Source of the DNA: Phoronis australis
Lineage: Eukaryota > Animalia > Phoronida
Direction of reading: 5' to 3'
Length of the DNA: 64,000 nucleotides
Assembly (NCBI GenBank): GCA_002633005.1
Contig: NMRA01000343.1
Location: 1 to 64,000, forward strand
Within the stretch, counting starts at the first letter, position 1. Each line of letters starts with the position of its first letter. A program made the position numbers and the translations under genes. Shown in pieces: positions 1-12,500 of this stretch. Below the pieces are notes generated by a model. The model did not search any database. It worked only from the letters and a program-made list of their open reading frames with translations, and was not told the DNA's origin.

Positions 1-156
1 GAATGTTCAAATTTTTCTAACATCACATCTCGGAAATGCCTAATCGGATTCATGTGAAACTTACAGATGCCATTCTATTTTGCACTAATTGTAGCTCATT
101 TTCCAAAATGTTACTGTTAGTGTTATAGGTTGCAGAGGTATTCCCGACCGCACCAC

Positions 157-787
157 CACAGCCGTCCTCAGCTTCTGATCGTCCCCAATACACTACATAT
201 AATACCACAAGCCCTCCATAGCTAACATATAACTCAATAAATTTACACAAAACAAGGTTTCAACAAACCATTGTCAATTGCTCTTTCTTCCAATACCATT
301 CACGGTGTCCTGTTCTGGTGACTTCGTAAGAAATTCACAGTCAAAGAACAAAAATGTTCACAAAAAACCCAAACACACTTCCATCTTGGACGGCTCGAGG
401 TCAAGGATGGTACGGAAATTACCGATGAATTACGGATGGACGGCGTTATCGACATCGTGACTTTACACGACAACCTGGCAATTTCCGTACCATCCTTGAC
501 CTCGAGCCGTCCAAGATGGAAGTGTGTTTGGGCTTTTTGTGAACATTTTTGTTCTTTGACTGCGAATTTCTTACGAAGTCGCCGGAACAGGACACCGTGA
601 ATGGTATTGGAAAAAAGAACAATTGCCAATGGTTTGTTGAAACCTTGTTTTGTGTAAATTTATTGAGTTTTATTTTAGCTATGGAGGGCTGAAGTGAAGC
701 ACCCGTGGAATTTCTAGTCGGGAGTGTCATACCTTTTAGTATTATATGTAGTGTATTGGGGACGATCAGAAGCTGAGGACGCCTGTG
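157..787. mobile_element. Foldback/MITE-like element copy 1 with ~260-300 bp terminal inverted repeats
   Basis: 157-~420 is the reverse complement of ~479-787 (left arm carries an internal deletion); termini CACAG(C/G)CGTCCTCAGCTTCTGATCGTCCCC; no coding capacity. Confidence 0.8.
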
Positions 788-792
788 GACCG

Positions 793-1498
793 CACGGACG
801 TCCTCAGCTTCTGATCGTCCCCAATACACTATATATACTACAAGGTATGACACTTTGGACTAGAAATTCCACGGGTGCTTCACTTCAACCGTCCATAGCA
901 AACACAAAATTCTTTAAATTTATATAAAATGCGTTCAACAAACCATGAGGAATTGTTCTTTCTGCCAATACCATTTACAGTGTCCTGCTCCACCGAGTTC
1001 GCAACAAATTCGTGGTCAAAGCACAAAAATCTTCTCAAAAAATCGCTGCACACTAGCAATATGCTTCACGCCGTTCAGGTCAAGTAGGGTATGGAATAAT
1101 ACGATGAGTTACGAATCGACGGCAATTGCCGGTTTACCACGGAAAGTTACAAAATGGTGTGACTAAGTGGAGTTATTGATGTTGTGACCTTCCATGACAA
1201 ACATAGTTTCCATGTAGCATATGGCTGGTGTGCAGCGACTTTTTGAGAAGATTTTTATGCTTTGACCGCGAATTTGTTGAGAACTCAGTGTCCAGAGCTG
1301 GACACTGTAAATGGTATTGGGAGAAAGAACAATTCCTCATGGTTTGTTGAACCTCTGTTTTTTGAAAATTTATTGAGTTTTGTGTTTACTATGGACGGCT
1401 GAAGTGAAGCACCTGTGGAATTTCTAGTCCGGAGTGTCATACCTTGTAGTATTATTATATAGTGTACTGGGGATGATCAGAAGCTGTGGACGCCTGTG
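793..1498. mobile_element. Foldback/MITE-like element copy 2 (same family, diverged)
   Basis: 793-~1060 pairs with ~1235-1498; same termini and a homologous central spacer (ACGATGAGTTACG vs ACCGATGAATTACG) in the same orientation as copy 1. Confidence 0.8.
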
Positions 1499-2139
1499 TT
1501 CCTAACTAGGTTTAAACCTGTCCTGGGCCCAAAATGTGCTCTTTTGCCTTTGTCTTTGGGCTCACCTGATGATAAAAAGTGTGGCTGTTTTCAAAAAGTT
1601 GTGCCCATCAGACTTAATGTTATTAAAGTGGTAACGTATGAAGCAGAAACCCTGACCTCTGTCGGAGGATAATTGAATGTCAAGGTCGCTGCTGGAGCCG
1701 AGCGCTAACAGCGTGCAGTAAACAGGAACGGCAATTTACGATCAAATATTGGAAAACCTAAATAGCCTGTTAACTTGATCTCATTTTAATGAAATCTGCA
1801 ACCTATATATTAACAGACTGGCTGTAACTTGGTTGGAATCTTGCATTTTTGTGGAGTGTTCATTTTAAAAAAAGAGCCCGGGGAGAGGAGAGCACACTGC
1901 TGTAACTTGTGCCTTTTTATTTTTTATGCACTAATGGCACAAAGGCGCGTCCAGGAATTTCTCTCCTTTTAGGATTTGTTAAATATACAATTATATTCTG
2001 ATACCTGCACAACAGAGACCAAAAACTGCCTTAGTAGCTGAAGTATTGAAATGAAAAGTTGCAAATCCACGACTTCTCAATCAATAACATAATTTTGCCT
2101 TGATCGATTTGGCCTATTATTAATTCTCACTTTTTAGTA

Positions 2140-2960
2140 TGTAAAGGGGCACCAATATCTGCACGACTGTCTCGAACGTTACAAACTAGCAGTTTTGACT
2201 AGTTTCCTCAAGAGGGCACACCAGATATCTTAAGATTTGCCAGCATTCAGTGTTGGAAGTTCAACGTATAAAACAAGTTCTAGTACTAGTGCCACTAAGA
2301 ACGTGTATTATAAGAACTGTATGTCTAATGATTATCTGAGTGAGGAACATGTGCTTAAGAAGATTGTAAGGGATAACATTGAGGTGGTCAAACCTGGTTA
2401 TGAATTGAATGTAGTTATGTATTATCAGAATATAAAGTCACGTCACCTTGTCATGAAAAACAACCCCAGTCGTCAAAGATTACAAGTGGCCAATTTGTTG
2501 TTTATCAATTCACGCATGTCTTCGTCCTCATTCTCGTGAATAGCGTTACATTGGACACACAGTGTGTTCCGTCTCCCGACGGTTCTCCATGCACTTGCAG
2601 GGCGGGTCTACTCAAGATCATTTTTACACCAACTTGGCGGAAAAATAACTCTAGGCAAGAAATATTAGGCAATACCATTACTCGCTATCTTAATTGAAAG
2701 AGACACATTTCAGTTAAAGATTTTGGAATCCCTACTGTATTGATCAGTCACAAGAAAACTGCTGAACGAGCAGCTCACAGGTGTGTACCGCACGCTGGCT
2801 CTGTTTTGTTAGATTTGTGGGCTTCTTTCCATGTTTTACATTCGCATTCTCTGCTTGTATGCCCCTCTTCCTGTTGTCACGTGTATTTCATTGTTTATTT
2901 CCCTTCGTATAAGTTATGTTCATTCCGCTCATTGCCTGATAATGGCATGCGGTCTTGAAA
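2140..2960 (+). mobile_element. Decayed Penelope-like retroelement 3' fragment (RT thumb, linker, GIY-YIG endonuclease)
   Basis: Frameshifted/stop-containing translation: CLERYKLAVLTSFLKRAHQIS* / EVQRIKQVLV; VMYYQNIKSRHLVMKNNP; RYIGHTVCSVSRRFSMHLQGG; LKILESLL. Order and motifs are typical of Penelope-like ORFs. Confidence 0.75.
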
Positions 2961-3279
2961 TATAGCTAGTGTTTTAATTTGTGTGTTTGCTATGTCTCTC
3001 AGTGTTTTGCTACATTCTTTAGCTACACGCCTGAAGAAAGGAGATTGTTTCGACACCACGAGCGAGTCTGTATTAAGCTGTCAAACAAAAAGTCCAGTTG
3101 TGTTTTCAAGGAAGTTTGTGTCAACTAAGGCCTACTACTGAACTATACTGTTATGTCACGTAACATTAAAAAATTCATATTTTTGTGGAACATAAAGTAC
3201 TGAAACTTTCAAATGACAAACTCCACTGTTCTTGTTTTGGCTCTTGCAATTGAACTATCTAATTGTATCTTCTAGAACA

Positions 3280-3553
3280 ATGGCTGATAATCTGGATGTG
3301 AATGATGAGGGTGAGAAAGCCAAGTCGAGAGCCGGGAGTTCACGGGCCTCCAAGAGGGCGGGCTCAGGAAGGAAAAGCCCTGGCAGCAAATCACCCTCCC
3401 CTAAAGCTGGCTCCAGGAAAACGTCTGGAAAAGCCTCTGCTAAGGGTGGCTCGGCAAAACGGTCGAAGACGCCCAAATCTGGAAGGGATGGAAGGGAGTC
3501 CGCTTCCATTCCAGTAGAGACAGTTGCGGAAGCCCCCCAAGATCCTCTAGAAG
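3280..3553 (+). CDS. DNAH2: DNAH2 coding exon 1 (MADNLDV..QDPLE; basic low-complexity N-terminus)
   Basis: Acceptor TTCTAG at 3275, ATG 3280 in ACAATGG context, donor G/GTAAGT; phase 1. Confidence 0.7.
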
Positions 3554-6500
3554 GTAAGTATCATAATAAAGTAAATAACCTTGAATTAACATGAGTTTCA
3601 GTAAATAAAACTGTAAGTTAAATGTGTCCTGTTGTTGGCAAAACTATGCAAAACAATACACTATTGAGAAACATTTTTAAGCAGATTTTCATTCCTGGGT
3701 TTACTCACATACTCACAATATTAAACTTGCATAGCTGGGTCTTTTGATTTCGAACACCTGGAAAATCTTAGGTTGCTTTTGTGCAGACATAATTTACATA
3801 GTGGCAGTTTTAATAGCTATAGCCGCTAAACCGTGTTTCCCAAAAGTTCAATGGTTATTAATTAGGTACTAAGCTTAATGGTGTGGATCTCTGGACAAAT
3901 TACAGAATCACTTACAAATGGAGATGCCGGCCCTGAAGATGACGGACAACATGTAACCACAGTCACAGAACAAGATGGAGTGGTAAGCTATAAACAAATC
4001 AGTAGAAGATGGTTCTCTTCCGCTTTTCTGTTTCTTAAATTACTAGCTTATGTTTAATTTAGTACTTGTTCTCGAAAAATGTGCTTTTAAATTTCTTTAT
4101 GCGAGTGCATGCTGTATTCTTGTAAAAATGTGTCAAATAGCTAATACTCTCCACCATTTGTACAAAGTGCAAGTGGCAATAAACTTTTATAGAATAAAAA
4201 AACGAAAAGCTGATATGCATCCAACCTTTTTGATTTTACGTTTAGTAAAAAATCCTGGTTATTCTGTAGAGACATTTTTTCGTGTTCATTGTTTTTCGCT
4301 TACGTTGTAATTGTGTGTACTATCCATTGAACAGTAGACATTGACGCAAGCGGCCCAGCTAGGGATCTACATCTTGGTTCTGCATTAACTTCCATTGAGA
4401 AATAACAAATAACCTGCACAGACAGTGTTTAATAGGGAGTAGGACATTATGCTTCCTCTATGGAAGTGAATGCAGAGCCATTAAGATCTCTTTCTACTTT
4501 CTCATTGATAGTAAGGGGGAAAGGTAATGTGGAAAAATGTATTTCCAAGATAACCAGGATACTTTTTACTAAAACGTAATGTCAAAAACAGCTTCGTTCC
4601 CCATTAAAAGTATTGGTTGCTGTGGGTAGTATGTGATCAGTGTTTGTGTTGGTGGTGTGGTAGTAGTGATGGTGGGGCCAGTGGTGATATATAGACTACA
4701 GTCTGGTGCAGACTTTTTTACTTGACTTTGTGATACTTAGAATACATGGTGTAGTGTAAATTCAGCCTGATCAACTTATAGGTAACTAAGCCAGCACAAA
4801 ATATGTTTTTAAAGATACCTTTTTAATTGAAATTGTGTAATTGTAATGTTTTATCAAACCATTTTCTGTCTAGCACATTCTCTGTGAGTGAAAACAAATC
4901 TTGACTTGCAGTTCATTTCTGACGCCTTGTCACATAAAACTTCAAACGGTGATCCAATGAGTTTGTGGCAGAAAATTGCCATATTGGCTGATTGTTGGAA
5001 GATTATTTGAGTGTCGACTGGATGTCAGCATCAAAATCACAAACCAGTGCTGTTGATCTGATAAAAAATCACCCGATCTAGCTAGCGTCAGCCATTATGT
5101 TACCACAGCATAAGCAAGGATTTATGTCCGCGTACGTGACTTTACCTCATTTTAAACTTTAATACTAAGAAGTGCAATAAAAAGGAATGCTTACGCATGT
5201 GCACAAGACTATAAAACATTGTTTATTTTTCGAATATTAGGAGCAAAGTTGAGGAGAAATTCATATTATCCTCTCTGAATTTTTGCTTGGTTTGCAGAGG
5301 CAGCTATTACGGGATAGAATCACACTCTGTGATTTCCAAGGGGACATGATTAAAGAACAACACTGGGCCATAATCGACCGCTTTATCAACGAGGATTCTG
5401 TCCGCCTTATGGTGGCATTCATGGACTCGATAAATGGTTTCACAGTTGACTTGGCTGTTCCATGCGTGCCCATCGAGGAGATAACGTATATGATCAAAAT
5501 GAAGAATGTAACTGCAGTCACAACAGACAACTTCAAGAAGTCAGTGCAGTATGGGACAATACGTACCAGTCACATCGAGAGTCTACTGAGGCTCATGGGA
5601 GGTGTCTACTCTCCGATTTTCTTCGAGAACACGTCGTGGCCTGACAGTATCCTTTCGAACAGCTAACTGGCTCATTGTTTTGTTGGTTTTAACCATTTAA
5701 AATATTACATAATTTAAAAGTGGTTCCTTTTTTAAATTTCTGAAAATTGAACTTATTATTTATTCAACTGATGAATAACGTTGTGTGCTGCGTGCAATAT
5801 GTAAATGTCGTAGTGACAGTTTTCTGTTCATCAGTTTCCTTTACTCATAATTCATGGAATGTACTTTACCAGAATTAAGTAACTTGGATGGTTGATGATA
5901 ATTATTATTAGTATAAATTACGGTTGGTATTTTTCTCTACTATTTTATTATTACGTTTATTAAACAAGAGCACCCATAACCAAGTAACATTTGTTTCCTC
6001 TCTTGGCCAAATCGCATTTCCAATCCTTGACTCTTGCGCCAGGCATTAAAAATGACTTCTCCGCCCAACTGCACAAGTTCCTGGCCAGTCTGACGGACAC
6101 GCGGTGGAAGATGGACGGTAAGACAGTGCTGTATATCCCCAATGAAGGTCTCAAGGCTGAAGCGGAGGTGTCCAGTAAGAACAAGGAGTTGGTCCAGAGA
6201 CTGGAGAGTAAGTATGGCATACTCGGCCTCCTTCTTCACCAATCTTGGCACTCTGCTGTTAGTTAAGTACAATTTGGTGAACAGGTTTCATCAGAATAGC
6301 TGCAGATGTCGCCACCAATCACCGTGATCAGTTCCTTCATTGGCTCCTTATTCCTAAGGTTATTTCTGCAAAATGGTCTCTGTGTTCTCATTGCAATTGT
6401 GGATGAGAAAGGTTTTATCAACATTTCAATAAGCTGCTTGATCGTGATTGCCTGCTTTAACTTTTTTATTCTCTACTTTTTCCATGCAACATGATAATGA

Positions 6501-9500
6501 TGGCTATAGTCATATTTATATTAGCTATATAACCATATTTTAGACCACTTATCTTGCTGTGCTTTTGTGATTTTTGCTGCTTTATCCTTTTAAGGTATTA
6601 CATTTTCTAACTGTTAGATATAAGTCCCATTTATGAATACCAGTCATGTTGACTTTCTTAGTATCGCTAACTATTAGATATAAGTCTCATTTCTAACTGC
6701 CAGTCATGTTGACTTTCTCAGTATCGTTCCTTGCCCTCTTGTAGCCGCCATGATCCACTGGACTCGGCAGATCAAAGAAGTGTTAAGCTCGCAGGATGGC
6801 TTTGAGACGGCGGAGAACTCTGGCCCGCTTGAGGAGATTGAGTTCTGGAAGAATCGCTGCGCTGACCTGTCCGGCATCAGTCAACAGTTGGACAAGCCGG
6901 GTGTGAAGAAAATCACGTATATCTTGGAACTAGCCAAGTCGTCGTATGTGGGACCCTTTCTAAAGCTGTCTGGACAAATTAAGGTAAGTACTGTTGTGCT
7001 AAAAGCGTCTAGTTGGTTCTGGTCTCTATTTGGACTCATTTCGAGACCTGCACTCATCGTAAGCAAATAAAATGTCTGCTTGCATCAGTTTCAGCCAAGG
7101 TCTAGTGTTTTTTGAAAAGCTGTCGTGATTTTCTAAGCCGTGAGAAAAAACAAATCCTTTATCCATCCATCACGGTGCTTAGTTAGAACAAGGGTAGGTG
7201 CGATTTTTAGAAATAGTCGGGTAGGGATTGAATAGCGCACAGAAACTTTTGCGTGTAATTGACTTGTGCGTTCTTCTCTGGTTTGGAAATATCATTCCCT
7301 CTCTAATTCCAGGAGGGATCGCGGCAGGCGGAAAGTAATCTTAAGTTCCTCTCAGTGCTCAAGGACCCATGTCATGATCTGACAGAAGCACAGGCGACTG
7401 ATATCCCCAAACTGCTACCCAAGATCCTCAACTTGATCCGAATGATTTGGGTCAACTCTGATTTCTTCAACACGAGGGAGAGACTGACAGGACTCCTAAG
7501 GAAGGTGAGTTTGTTGATGTAGATTTTGTTGATATAGCTTTGCATTGTATTTAGGTGCGTATAATAATTCTCCATTTTTGACGCTGATGTAAAGCTGATA
7601 TGCCGACATTCAGTTGGCAGTGTTTGCCCAATGGGCACACAAAATTGTTGAAGCTTTTTCTGTTGCCTTCTCATTATTTTAGACAGATTTTTGCAGTGCA
7701 TTTAGGTTTGTGCAGCAGTTTTCAAACGATGTCGATTTTGAATCAAGATTCCGTTTTTGATGCAGATGCAGAGTTGATATTTGAACATGTTGGTGGATCA
7801 ACAGAACAATTTTATAGTGACAGGTGCAAAGTTTACACTGAGCATGTGCCAAATGTGCTGACAATGTTATTAAAGGTCTTCTCAGTGCCCTACTGTTCTG
7901 GTAAATAAAAAAAACAAGGGCTCTGGAACTGGTCTTCAAACTCTGACTCGACTTGAACTCAGTCTCATACCTTAACCAATCACACAAGAGGATTTCAATA
8001 CAAAAGATCTCTCTAAGTGTGCCATTCAATTGGTCAATTGTCGAGTTGAGTTTGGAGTACAGAGATTACACGACAGAGCACAGAATTTTATGATTACCCC
8101 ACTTGGCTACGCCAATGTGCAGCTAAAACAATGTTTAAAGTTGTCAGTTTTCATGAAAAGTAGTCTTGCAAAGGAATTGGACATTTCTTCCTTCGCGGTT
8201 GCTAAATTCTTCTGCTGGATGCACATTTTTCTGTTTGTTGGAGTCACCGGGTGCATGATTTGAGCAACAAAAATTGAAATCTTCAGTCTGGATGCACTTT
8301 CACGTTAACAAGTACTGGATTGTGTTTAATCCTATTTGAATGTCTATTTCAGCTCAGCAATGAAATCATCAAACTATGCTGCCATGAGATTTCACTGGAC
8401 AAGATTTTTGACGGCTACGTAGAGTCCAGCCTTAAGACGCTTAATTCTTGCATCGAGTGTTGCGAACAGTGGAAGGAGATATACAGCCATGTATGTAAAC
8501 TAAACACGTCTAATAAATATTCTGTCTTAATTGAAAGTCATCAAATATGAATGCCCAGGAATATGAGTGCAATCGCCAAAACAAATGCCAATAAGATTTA
8601 ATATGGAACATTCTGTTTTTTTACTACAGACGGCCGAATATATCGGGAATTACTAAATGTAATTATCAGTTCCACGCATTAGTTTACTATATAAATACCT
8701 GTCTCCAACTTGTCTTCACTATCTGTTCACTGAAGCATTATCTCACTTTTTTTCTCCCAGATGGCTAAGTTACACCACAAGTATTCACAAACCCCATGGC
8801 TTCTAGACAAGAGCAGCATCTTTGCTCAGGTCGATGCATTTGTGCAGCGCTGCAAGGACCTGATCGAGGTCTGCGAGTGTCAGTCGTACTTCAAGCGCAT
8901 GGAGGATGGTGCGCAGAAAGAAATGCCTCACTTTGGAGGCCAGCGTGGCCCCGAGATCTCTCGTGGTTTGCTCGAGATTGAGGCTTCGTTTGACCGCAGC
9001 CTGACTATCCTGAAGAACGTTCGCCGGACTATATTGGATGTTAAGGTGTGTAATAGTGTGTGTGTTTTATACTGCTTGTGGTATACAGTATTGGATGATT
9101 TTTTAATTCTGTAGTATGGTGCTAGCCTTAAAGTCTTCTCATCTCTCTATTGTTTGTCTTTAGGAACAAACTTTCATTTTGATAATTTTGAACTTACGGT
9201 AATGTACATTCATTGAACGGTAAAAATCTCAACGGCTATAATTTTTGACTTGCCTTTTGGAAAGCAAGTTTTTAAATTTTTATCTGCAGAGTCAATAATT
9301 ATGAGTAGGCAGTTTCTTGAACATTTCTAACATAAGGTCAAGGCTTTATATTATTCTTTTATGCTCCACTCTGTACTTCATCCAGAAAGTTCTATTTGAG
9401 AATGTCTTCTAATTATTTGCTGTCAGTGATGTTTGTCTACAAATTGTTCTATCCAAAAGATGTTCTGGTATGATGTTCATAGCAGCAACATTTTGTAAAA

Positions 9501-12500
9501 CCTTCGTATTTGTTATCCTCCATACTTACTCTCTGCAGGCGACGTCATGGCATGATGACTACAACCGGTTCCGTACAGGTATGAAAGACCTGGAGGTGAT
9601 GATGCAAAACGTCATCAACTCGGCGTTTGAGACTGTGACGACGGTGGAACAAGGGGTGGAGCTGTTGGACGTTTTTATGCACCTGCAGAGTAGGGAGGTG
9701 AGTGCTGAGTCTGCTCAGTGGGCTCATGGCTCAAATAAGGAGGGGAGAGCTATGCCTGATCATTGGGCTCGTACAAATAGAGAGTAGGGTGCAGGTAATG
9801 CTTAGTGGACTCCTGGTTCGAGTAGAGGTGAGTACTGATGCTGCTCAGTGAGCTTGTAGTTCAAATAGAAAGGTGAGGACTGAGACGGCTCAGTGGGCTC
9901 ATGACTCAAGTAGAGAAGTGATTGCTGAGACTGCTCAGTGGCCTTGTAGTTCAAGAAGGAAGGTGAAGGCTGAGACTGCTCAGTAGGCATGTGTCCTCGT
10001 TTTAAACTTATTTGCAGAATTCTACAGTCTCCATGTTGATTCTGTCTTTTGTATTCATTGTAGCTCCCTGAAAAGTATAAATTGTTTGTCGTTAAAAAAA
10101 TAATGTTTGCTTAGCCAACTTGTCAATGCCTTGAAAAATCTTTGAACTTGTGGTTGGAATGCCCTTGAGAAGTCCTTGAAAATTGTAGTAACATCTGTAA
10201 ACATTGTTAGTAAGACTGTTGGCAAATTTCTGTAAAAGCTATGCCTCCATCTATAGGCCATCCGGAGAACTGTGGACAAGAAGACTGTGGAGGTGTACCA
10301 GATGATGAATGAGGAGATGAACGCTGTGAAGAAGGAACTGACCATCAAGGCATCTGCGCTGACCCCTCAGCACCCCAAGTATGCGGGCACCGGGCATTGG
10401 GCCCGCATGTTGAAGAAGAGGATTGAACGAGGCATGATGGTCAGTTGGCTTTCTCACGACACTTCATTTTGAAAATGTTTATGTCCCTTGTTGGAATAAT
10501 GTATATTACTGAGGAGAATGCAATGGCAGTGGATTTTCTAGTTAATATGAAATTGTAACCTTCATTTTGTTATCAATTCCTATCCATTTTTTGTCATTTT
10601 CAACTTGCTTTGTTGGACTAAAGGACTAGGCCCACTTTTCTGCTAGTCATTGCTTGGCAGCTTTGAAAAGTGAAAAGTGTACTAAGATAAGTGGTAAAGA
10701 CAGTTCTATAGCATCTTAAGTTTAAAAACTTGTGACTGTTACAAGAACTTGCTCTCAGCTTGGTTCTTCTAAATGGTTCAGAACTTTTCTTAATAAATCA
10801 CAAGCCATTTCAAGTTTTACTTTGTTCGAACTCGCGTTACAATCTTGAAACTTCTTTGTCTCTGATTTGAAACTTGGGCCTCATTGTCGTCGCCAGATTC
10901 TGGACCGCGCCCACTTCCTGCCCCCAGTTGGTGTGGGTGAAGAGACCAGAAGTCAGTACCAACAGCTGTGCCAGGCCCTGGACGACTACATACGCAAGAC
11001 GTTCCATGAGTGGACTATGACTGTTGACAGGGTATGTACTAAAGCCTTGTCTAAGACCCATGCATGCATGATTGAGACGCCTGGGTGCCTTATTTGAAAC
11101 TACTTACAGTTAAATTTGCCTTGTCACTTTTATAAAATCAAATATAAGACCCTGCTGAACTGCCATGATCATTACTGAAACAGAAGTTTTCAAAAGGTTG
11201 TTGAATTTCATGAGAATTCGTTTGGCTTTGTCAAATTTGTAGCAAAAAACCTTGAAGGGAATTAGATGAAATCTGAGTGCTTAATCATATAAAACTGAGG
11301 CAAAAAGTTTTGCTTTGAAATTTGTCCAATTATCGACAAGATGAGATTTTGTTAACTTTTTTGAAAACTGTACTTTGCACATCTCAAAATTCTTGTGTAG
11401 TCACAAGAATTACTTTGGTCAAGTTCTTTTTCATATTTTATTTCATGAGTTTAAGGTAAATACACTGCTGCCCAGAAAGTGAATTAACTTTTATTTCTTG
11501 GCAACAGAGTTTTAATTAAATTTTGTTGTGAAGCAGATGGCATTTCCGTTTTAGTACAGTCACGTGTTAGCCTGCTTCTCATCAATGGCAACCAGCCATG
11601 GGTAGTGTACCTTTGGTGCGTTCCGTGAGGCTAGTATCTTTGCGAGTTGGAGGAGATCACCCAAGTCTTATGGAATATCATCGTGCTTTATAGGCAAAGC
11701 TTGTGATCTAATCATTATTCACTTGCAAGTCACTAGTGTTACTGTACGCTCTTAAGTTTTGGTTCAGCAATGACTCCCCCAGTAGCGAGTTCTGTCCGAA
11801 TCACAGAATAGAACCTTATGTCGGTCAGAAGAACCATTTCTTAGACTGGTTCCTCTACTAAAAAATTTTGATTGGAATATGGTCATCTCAGATCTCAGTA
11901 GTTTGTACGAGTTTGCATAAGCTGTGATTAAGTAAATAATTTCCCAATTGACTGTGCTGTGTTGTGGCGCTTAAGCAAAGCAAATGCCGATGACGAATTT
12001 GAGAGTGTCTCATGCAGGATGTAGACTGCTTGATGTGTTATTTGATGTTAGTAGTGTTAACTATAACGTGTTCATTTTTTCATGGTTAGAATTTTAGAAC
12101 AACAGTAAGTCTCCCTCTTAAATTATCATCATTTCATTTTTTAATAGATTTTATCCTTCTTTTGTCCTGGAATTGGCAAATGTGTTATTGTTTCCTATTC
12201 TATTTTGTATTATTTACATGTGCCCTGGTGCTCATTTTTTGACTTTCGTATTCGGGACATTATGTTGACAAAACCTTGTTTTGGATCCTACATTACGGTC
12301 TCCAAAAATGCCTTTAATAAGACAAGTGCGTCAGGAATTTTGTCCCGAATTCTAAGTCTCCTGCCCATTTTTGCCTGCACATTTAACCAGAGTGTGTATT
12401 TTCCTTATGAGTGGTTTGCACTAACCCCATGATTCCTATAGGCTCTGCAGCCTCTGCAAGTGTGGAGTGTAAGTAGACTAGATAGTGTGGGCTGGTGTGT

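Noticed and set aside
50-1166. ORFs of 60-135 aa repeated on both strands
   Set aside because: By-products of the inverted repeats; no transposase or other motif.
4741-4883. Small AG..GT segments in intron 2 (15, 16 and 10 nt)
   Set aside because: Weak sites or frameshifting lengths; no consistent combination without invoking a non-preferred acceptor.
11450-11455. 6-nt microexon TTTAAG / GTAAAT
   Set aside because: Requires a rare GAG acceptor; no other support.
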